In this document: one piece after another, positions 1 to 6,035 of the stretch
How positions within the stretch are numbered: position 1 is the stretch's first letter
How the letters are laid out: each line of letters starts with the position of its first letter
Origin: Rotaria sp.
Taxonomy: Eukaryota
Direction: 5' to 3'
NCBI GenBank assembly: GCA_905329745.1
Contig: CAJNSZ010000350.1
Span: 64,292 to 70,326 of the forward strand
Length of the DNA: 6,035 nucleotides
Made by a program: the position numbers and the translations under genes
The notes under the pieces: generated by a model
The model's database searches: none
What the model was told of the DNA's origin: nothing
What the model saw: the letters and a program-made list of their open reading frames with translations, nothing else

Positions 1-1883
1 CTACGATAGAAGTAGCAGTGCGCAAATAATATGCAAAGTGAGAAAACGTTTTCAGTAAGAAATTGATCAGAAAAATTTCTCTTTTATCAGCTTTGTGACA
101 ATTTTGTCGAATGACAATTTTCTAGTAGAGATGTCTGGTGACACTCTTTCGAGAACATTCTTTTCTGTTAGAATTAAAGCGAAAAAAAAGATATAACAAG
201 CAAAATTCGAGTGTGTTGCCGTTTTTTTCTGACATTTTGTTCTCTATACAGAGCTGAAAAATGAGTAAAGTCATTTTTATTATTGAGTTAAGTAGATGAG
301 TATAATAAAATATACTAAGAAATTGTTTATATATATAATTTCAGTTTCTTCAAGTCAATCGCACGAAAAAGTTGCAATTCATTCATATTTATGACATGAC
401 TTTATCGACACAAAATAATTTCGATAAAAAGCAATTTAAAATTAGTTCATAGTAATTTTCATAGCATCTAAAATAAGAATTGAATATATATACACATACG
501 TTGACCCTAAGTGTAAAGATTATATAGGTTATAATCTCGCGTGACATATTGACACATTTACTTATTTTTTTCTTTTTTCTCATGTACTGACAGGTTTTTT
601 CTGATGCTGATATTTTAAATGATCATTGATGACAACTAATCGATAAACAAAGTAATATTTTATCTAAAACTACAATACCATAAGAGGGTAATAGGTCAAG
701 CAAAATGAAATATTTCGTGTGATATTTAGCGTGTCGAACAAATTTTGATAAACAAGACAATATTCTCTCCTTTTTTAACGGGTTTATTTCACATTCATTG
801 GGTTTCATTCCACCGTATGTTGATCGGTTGTTTGATCTCTGATTTATTTTTTTATCTCTCGTGACAGAAAATCGAATGATGACTGTACATGTAAGATTGA
901 GAAAAAAAATATTTAAAAAAAATCAATGTCAATCAGTTGTATATTCAAAAACTGCAGACAATTTTCTTGAATTTTGTCAACTTCGAAAATTTAAACGAGA
1001 AAAAAAGAAATTGGTTGTATGATATATTTTAACACTGCGTGACAGCAAACAAAAACGATCTTTCACATCTTCCATACTTAGTATTTTAGAATTTATGCAA
1101 GATAAATTCCTGATTATTTTTGAGTAATAGTAGTGACTTATTAAAGTAATCTAATCTAAAAAGAAAATCATAAAGCTTGATTGCAAATAACTCAAGATAT
1201 TGAATTATTATCACAATGAAATGTAACGGTTCAATAAAGTTACAATTCTCACTGATGTTAAATTGTCACGACCTGTAGCAACCTTTCTCCCTGTGAGTCC
1301 TACATCTAAAGAAGGGAAGTAACTTGTGACTGAACAAACTTATCATTATGTTTTACTCTAGTGTGGCGATTAAAGTTATAAATTTCATCAAGTTTCATAT
1401 AAGCGTTCAAAAGCTGAAGATATTTTTCATAATGATAGATAGACCAAATCGTAAGCACTTTCTCTAGAACTTGTAGTAAGAAGAGCTATCATTTGTTATG
1501 TCTTCTCTTCAACTCAAGCGAGCAAGGTCAAGTTAATCTCGTTGGTTCACATTTCAAAAGTAGTACATATGATAAAAATTTCAAACATGTAGCCTTAAGA
1601 ACGACTTAGATCACAAAGAGATACTGCCGGTCCATTTAAAATTTCTTTATCAAGGTCATTAGTACTATCTTCAAAAGAGTATTGATTAACAGTTTCTTTG
1701 TGAATAATAACTTCGAAGAGTACTCATTAACTGAGGAAAAAAAATAGCTCGGTTGATTGAAGTGGGCTGGAGATATTTAGTTTTTTAAATTGAAGATGAA
1801 AACACAACGATACAACTTTTGATTTGCCTGTAATCTCTTAGAAATGTTGTATTGAATTATTTTCGTCTGTTCTATAAAACGAA

Positions 1884-2220
1884 ACAGAAAGAATCCAGGG
1901 CAAACAATCGGACACTAAGATCGGACAAGATCCTGCGTCTGATCATATATGATCTTGTACGATTTGGTATGAATCGTACAAAAAAACCGTAGTCTCTGAA
2001 ATCTTACATCAATTCTTATTGTAATATCCTTGACAGATCTTGTTGTCTTGTCAGATCTCACTGTAAGATTATAGAAAATCTTATGCGACAGTAGGATCTG
2101 ACAAGATTCTTACAGTAAGAATTGATGTAAGATTTCAGAGACTACGATTTTTTGTACGATTTCATATGATCGTACAAGACTTACTGTCAGATTTTTTTGA
2201 CCTGGGTAGCTCTTCAGAGA
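1884..2220. repeat. Foldback / MITE-like long inverted repeat (unclassified), centred near 2072
   Basis: The left arm (~1895-2070) and right arm (~2075-2206) are reverse complements. Positions 1989-2018 are a perfect 30/30 reverse complement of 2116-2145, checked base by base. The outer ends also pair: CCAGGGCAAACAATCGGACACTAAG against the reverse complement of the right end, CCAGGTCAAAAAAATCTGACAGTAAG. I could see no target-site duplication, so the exact termini are uncertain. Confidence 0.85.
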
Positions 2221-2539
2221 AAACTGAAGATCAGTAAAACTTTGAAAAATATTCACATATGAATCAAAAATTGTTTTAGACCCGGACCTGGACTCGGACC
2301 CTACGCGAACCTGACGAGCTCTATCTCGGACTCACAGATCCGATCGAGTCCAGACTCTAATCGTTGGGTTATGAAAAAATATTGATATTCTTGTCCGTCG
2401 TAGAATCGCACTTTTACAATCTTTTTAGACTCTAGTTGAACATTTTGAGTAATTTCTATTGTCAAAGAATAGTGTAATGTTATACTGAGAAATTTAGTAT
2501 TACATTAAGTAATTAATGAATTTATTCTTCTGTTTATAG

Positions 2540-2612
2540 TAATTCTGTACCTACAATATCCGTCCTTGATATATTCGGTTTTGAAAATTTCAAATCCAAT
2601 AGTTTTGAACAG
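2540..2612 (+). CDS. Myosin heavy chain motor domain, internal exon (switch II region); partial gene, class undetermined
   Basis: One nucleotide completes a split codon, then the exon reads NSVPTISVLDIFGFENFKSNSFEQ. This matches the myosin switch-II signature LDIxGFExF...NSFEQ. An in-frame TAG at 2538-2540 forces a 3' splice site (ttcttctgtttatAG|t). The donor is CAG|GTATTT at 2613. The exon is 73 nt, with entry phase 2 and exit phase 0. Confidence 0.85.
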
Positions 2613-2671
2613 GTATTTGAAAACAAAAACAAAAAGATTTATTATTTTTCTATTTAAAAAATTTAACTTAG

Positions 2672-2821
2672 TTATGTATAAATGTAACTAATGAACATAT
2701 GCAACGATTTTTAAATCAACATATCTATGATTTGGAAATTCACGATTGTCAACAAGAAGGTATCGATACAGTTGATATTAATTATTCAGATAATCATCTT
2801 GTTATTGAAACATTTTTAAAT
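2672..2821 (+). CDS. Myosin heavy chain motor domain, internal exon
   Basis: Translation is LCINVTNEHMQRFLNQHIYDLEIHDCQQEGIDTVDINYSDNHLVIETFLN. It continues the previous exon exactly as in the myosin consensus (NSFEQ|LCINYxNExLQQxFNxHxF). The acceptor is aacttAG|tta and the donor is AAT|GTAAAT. The exon is 150 nt, phase 0/0. The preceding intron is 59 nt. Confidence 0.9.
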
Positions 2822-2884
2822 GTAAATATAAATCTTCTCTAAGAAAATCAATTTATTTTTTTTGTTTATTTTGAATTTATTTAG

Positions 2885-3131
2885 AAACACTCAGGTATAT
2901 TAGCTATATTAGATGAAGAAAGTCGTTTTCCACAAGCAACAGATCAAACATTAGCCACAAAACTTCATCATGGACCTGGAGTACAATTTCGTGATATATA
3001 TTCAATACCAAAAGACGGTGGTACTACATTTACTATACGTCATTACGCAGCACCTGTTGTATATAATATTGTTGGATTATTAGAAAAAAATCGAGATTTT
3101 CTTCCTAATTCAATTGTTTTCGTTGCTCGAA
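2885..3131 (+). CDS. Myosin heavy chain motor domain, internal exon
   Basis: Translation is KHSGILAILDEESRFPQATDQTLATKLHHGPGVQFRDIYSIPKDGGTTFTIRHYAAPVVYNIVGLLEKNRDFLPNSIVFVAR. It matches the conserved myosin blocks GILxLLDEE, FxIxHYAGxVxY and GFLEKNRDxL. An in-frame TAG at 2882-2884 coincides with the acceptor tttatttAG|aaa. The donor is CGA A|GTAAAA. Read-through would reach a TAA about 19 codons later. The exon is 247 nt and exits in phase 1. Confidence 0.9.
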
Positions 3132-3199
3132 GTAAAATCGAATTAATAAAAAATAATTCTTTTTTTAATTGGTTGTTCTTTTTTTCTTAATTCTTTTAG

Positions 3200-3468
3200 C
3201 AAGTAATAATTTAATAATTCAAGAATTATTTCGTTTAAATTTAAATGATAAAGGTGTTTTACCATCATCACCATCTTTACATCATCATCATCCGAATACG
3301 TTTCATGCTAATAGAGATTCTAGACGAAATGATCCATTAGTAAATCATAATGGCAGACAATCATCACATATGCCACAACCAATTAGAACATTACCAGAAA
3401 AAACAAATGGAAATACTTTTGAAAGAACAGGTGGAACAGCTATGAGAACAGTAGCTTTTCATTTTAAG
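3200..3468 (+). CDS. Myosin heavy chain motor domain, internal exon encoding an expanded loop 2
   Basis: The acceptor is ttcttttAG|ca, which completes the split codon a|ca (T). Translation is SNNLIIQELFRLNLNDKGVLPSSPSLHHHHPNTFHANRDSRRNDPLVNHNGRQSSHMPQPIRTLPEKTNGNTFERTGGTAMRTVAFHFK. The donor is AAG|GTGAGT at 3469. This is the coding core of track ORF 3169..3522, whose two ends are intronic. Flanking motifs (S..xxxxELF and TVxxxFK) sit at the expected myosin positions. Confidence 0.88.
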
Positions 3469-3639
3469 GTGAGTCGGATTAGTATAAGTGAAATTAAAAA
3501 TATTATTTATATTTACCAGTGATTGACAACATCATATAGCATTGATGTTGATCAAAACTATAGCTGGTTTCGTAAAGTATTTAAGACTAGATATGTGCAA
3601 ATGTACGCTAGATGAAGAAACTAACTGGATGACTTAGAC

Positions 3640-4227
3640 AGTTGATAGAGTCTGACGAGAGAACCTTTCGAAGTGATTCGTCACTTTTAGTTCTATATTT
3701 TCTATATAAGTAGCAGACCAGTAGACTAAGAAAAGTCTAACATGATACAGGCTCATTTTATAATGTGACTGAAATAGAGATGCTTTACTGAGATCCTCCT
3801 GTAGGACTCTGATTTTCCAACAAAACCACATTTTCAAACTTTAAATATATCGAGACTGCAATTAGATTAGTTCGTACAAAAAATTTCAAAACTATTCGAC
3901 GTAGCATAATCGACATATGAATAAAGCACCTATATTGTGAAAAACTCGTATCATGGTTATGCCACGTGAAATAGTTCTGAAGTTTTATGTACAAACTAAT
4001 CTAGTTGCATTGTCAATATGTGCTAAATATGAAAATATGATTTTACTGAAAAACCAGAGTTCTATAAACGGATTTGAGTAAAACTTCTTTATCTTATTCC
4101 AATTACAACATGACTCCATTTCATCTCGGACTATTCCCAATCAACAGACTTGTTACTTATGGACAAAATATGGAGCCAAAAGCGACGAACCACTTCAAAC
4201 GGTTTCCTCGTGAGTCTAATAGTTGAT
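3640..4227. repeat. Diverged large inverted duplication: two ~265-bp copies of an unclassified repeat, head-to-head, with a ~55-nt central spacer
   Basis: The left arm (~3640-3905) aligns along its whole length with the reverse complement of the right arm (~3961-4227). For example, 3648-3715 against rc(4151-4218) gives 52/68 identical positions by hand count. Further collinear blocks include actctgattttcc...gcaattagattagttcgtac against actctggtttttc...gcaactagattagtttgtac. The inner ends also pair: ttcaaaactattcgacgtagc against ttcagaactatttcacgtggc. Confidence 0.8.
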
Positions 4228-5531
4228 ATGAAGGTCCCTTGAATACTCTACAAATTTCTCAGATCTTAATTAGTTATTACTTTTAGAGTATGACCCATTG
4301 GGTCTAGTTCGTATCCACGGAGTCATTTTTATTGTAATAGAAAGTATTTTATTTTTCAAAATGATATATTATTGGTGGATACTATTTCACTTTATTGACA
4401 ATAATATAACCATAAAAAATGTGCGTTACGGTTTTTTTGTTTATCGTTCAAGCATTTATTCAGTGCAGTCTGTCTTATCATTCGTAAAAATGAATCTATA
4501 ATATATCATTGAAAATATTCTTCTGCATTTTGCAAAGCTCAAATAAATATATTTTAGTTTGAGGTCAATCAATACGTTTTATCAAAACTTATCACTGATA
4601 AACTACTGTGTATATGATATTTTATTAATTTAAAATGTTTTATACAAGACAAAAATTGCAATAAATGCTTCTTTTATTTGCTCCAATAATACATTTATCA
4701 TCTTTATTTTTCTAAAATACAATTTTTAAGTAAAGTTTCTTTGTTATAGCCTAAAAATTGTTTCCGCATTTCTTGATAAATGAGGAAAAGCCTTTCAATA
4801 ACTAACGGTGTGTCGGATGCAGACTTTCCGATTCCGGCAAAAATCCATTCATCAATTTACTTTTCTAGTTACTTCATACCTTCGATTAACAACATCTGCA
4901 ATTTCTTTTTCAATAGTAGACTCATGCGGACTATTTTTATTTATGCATAGAATTACAATATTACATAGATTGCTAGTCTATTCGGAAATAAAATGTATGC
5001 TTCTATTGACCTTGTCTACTTTTATTCTCACAAACAAAAATGCTTATTGTTAGAAATGTAATAAAAAGAAAATATCAAAGAGTCTTGAGATTTGAAAGTC
5101 ATTCTTACATATGTTTACTACAACAATCATTATCAGTCTATTTATACTTGTCTAAATTTGGAAACATATTTTATTTTGTATGTTTTTCTATAGCTCATTA
5201 ACTTTAACGTTTACTCTTTGTATGAATAAAAACTTTATTTTCTTGTCAAACTTTCTATTCAAACAAAGTTTGCTTGAATAAATGCGTAGAAAATAAATCA
5301 TTTTAATAATAAAACGATATGGATGATTATTCAAGAATCAATCTCGAGAAGAAGGAAAAGAAAAAGTATACTAAATGTCAAAAGCACTATTCATAATATA
5401 GACTACGTTTATTATGACAAAATTTTTGTCTTTGAAATAGAACAATATACAACATTAATTCAATATTGCATCAATAAACAAAATAAATAAATGAAAAACA
5501 AAATATTGTGTTTTTTTTTTTATAATTTTAG

Positions 5532-5740
5532 CATTCATTATCAGAATTAATCGATAAAATGTCCGTTTGTCAATGTCATTTTGTTCGATGTATTAAACCA
5601 AATGAACTTCGTGATAAAACAACATCACTAACTGTTCCTTGTGTTACACGTCAATTACGTTATTCTGGTGTTCTTCAAATGTGTGAAATTCGAAAGAAAG
5701 GATATCCATTAAGAATTCAATTTGATGAATTTCTTCATAG
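5532..5740 (+). CDS. Myosin heavy chain motor domain, internal exon (HFVRCIKPN and SH1/SH2-helix region)
   Basis: The acceptor follows a long T-tract (tttttttttttataattttAG|cat). Translation is HSLSELIDKMSVCQCHFVRCIKPNELRDKTTSLTVPCVTRQLRYSGVLQMCEIRKKGYPLRIQFDEFLH plus a split R codon. It joins the previous exon as FHFK|HSLSELIDKM, matching FKxSLxxLMxxLxxxxPHFVRCIKPN and QLRxxGVLExIRIxRxGYP. The donor is CAT AG|GTGAGA. The exon is 209 nt and exits in phase 2. It overlaps track ORF 5559..5744. Confidence 0.92.
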
Positions 5741-5952
5741 GTGAGACGATATTACCCTTGTATATTTAAGACCGATCATAGAGAGAACGCGTATGCAAAC
5801 TGTAAATGTCATTGGAGATATATGTCTCCTCCTACAATTTTTTTTTCTTTCTTCATATTGACATCAGACAGTCAATAGAACAGGTACTTGTATCGTTTTT
5901 GATTTATCATTCAACGACGATGAGAAACGAACAAACGATGAAACCGATCTTC

Positions 5953-5970
5953 ATATATATATATATATAT
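5953..5970. repeat. (AT)9 dinucleotide microsatellite
   Basis: A direct read gives atatatatatatatatat, followed by gtatacac. It lies in the intron downstream of the last exon. Confidence 0.9.
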
Positions 5971-6035
5971 GTATACACAAAATATTTTTTTTTATTTCGT
6001 GTGTGTATGCATAACAAATAGTTGTGAATACTCGA

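Noticed and set aside
389-808. Track ORFs 389..583(-) and 623..808(-).
   Set aside because: Their low-complexity, Lys/Ile/Phe/Tyr/Asn-rich translations are typical of random ORFs in AT-rich DNA. I recognise no domain, and they lack splice or promoter context.
1261-1800. A possible decayed retroelement fragment on the minus strand, for example an open stretch reading QLLNAYMKLDEIYNFNRHTRVKHNDKFVQSQVTSLL around 1310-1420.
   Set aside because: The frames are broken by frequent stops and I could not see any RT, integrase or endonuclease motifs. The evidence is insufficient to call, and only a repeat-database search could decide.
2311-2318. A second CTGACGAG octamer, inside the GC-rich island.
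   Set aside because: No downstream GAAA and no stem II or III arrangement is present. The flanks are not similar to those at 3652, so this is not a ribozyme core or a shared repeat.
3169-3522. Track ORF 3169..3522(+) taken at face value as a 117-aa protein.
   Set aside because: Only 3200-3468 is coding. The N-terminal MVVLFFLILLA is the polypyrimidine tract and acceptor of the intron. The C-terminal VSRISISEIKNIIYIYQ begins exactly at a GTGAGT donor.
3652-3686. A hammerhead-ribozyme-like string in the left arm of the 3640-4227 repeat. It reads CTGACGAG (matching the CUGANGA core), then a short possible stem II (gaga-acc-tttc), then GAA, then a neat hairpin AAGTGA-TTCG-TCACTT (3671-3686).
   Set aside because: The position that must be A15.1-U16.1 is G-C here. 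No stem I can form between the sequence upstream of the core (gttgatagagt) and downstream of the hairpin (tttagttc). The GAA can be absorbed into the extended hairpin. The other arm reads CTCACGAG, which destroys the core. It is most likely coincidental. An Infernal scan with the Rfam hammerhead models would settle it.
3634-3994. Overlapping minus-strand ORFs 3634..3837 and 3785..3994, considered as a possible transposon protein.
   Set aside because: They lie within the inverted duplication and show no recognisable transposase, RT or other motifs. They are short and mutually overlapping. Comparable open stretches arise by chance in a repeat of this composition.
4298-5053. Track ORFs 4298..4501(+) and 4808..5053(+) inside the long intron, considered as possible cassette exons or a nested gene.
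   Set aside because: The translations are hydrophobic, low-complexity noise. The myosin sequence is already contiguous across the 3468/5532 junction, so no exon is missing there.
5806-6035. Candidates for the next myosin exon after 5740. These are track ORF 5806..6021(+), a 16-nt mini-exon at 5868-5883 (R-QSIEQ), and an acceptor at 6021 followed by ttgtgaatactcga.
   Set aside because: None restores the expected F..RY..L continuation after FDEFLH(R). The mini-exon is implausibly short. The terminal candidate would turn the conserved R into S, and only 14 nt of it is visible. The next exon is probably beyond the window.
1-6035. A prokaryotic-style novel system (defence island, operon, CRISPR array, toxin-antitoxin), as hinted by the task.
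   Set aside because: I found no long uninterrupted ORFs, no direct-repeat/spacer array and no operon-like packing. The only recognisable coding sequence is interrupted by canonical GT-AG introns with polypyrimidine tracts, so the sequence is eukaryotic.

Overview
This is AT-rich eukaryotic (metazoan-type) genomic DNA, not a prokaryotic locus. Its one clear gene is an internal fragment of a myosin heavy-chain motor domain on the + strand. I reconstruct five GT-AG exons: 2540-2612, 2672-2821, 2885-3131, 3200-3468 and 5532-5740. Three introns are very short (59, 63 and 68 nt) and one is long (2063 nt). The spliced product reads continuously from switch II (LDIFGFENF...NSFEQ|LCINVTNE) through ILAILDEE and HYAAPVVYNIVGLLEKNRD, then a long loop 2, to HFVRCIKPN and LRYSGVLQMCEIRKKGYP. 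The first three exons are absent from the supplied ORF track because they contain no in-frame start codon. The ORFs that carry exons 4 and 5 run past the splice sites into intron sequence. The myosin class cannot be assigned by eye, and several normally invariant motif positions are substituted. The non-coding sequence holds two unrelated large inverted-repeat (foldback) structures. One is a well-conserved ~320-bp element at ~1884-2220, in the sequence upstream of the first exon. The other is a diverged ~590-bp inverted duplication at ~3640-4227, in the long intron. Smaller observations are an ~80-bp GC-rich island (2281-2360), a local cluster of CGTGACA motifs (540-1270) and an (AT)9 microsatellite. 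Composition and intron style suggest a flatworm- or nematode-like genome, but I cannot identify the species. I find no support for a defence system, operon, CRISPR array or RNA gene. All other ORFs in the track look like AT-rich noise.
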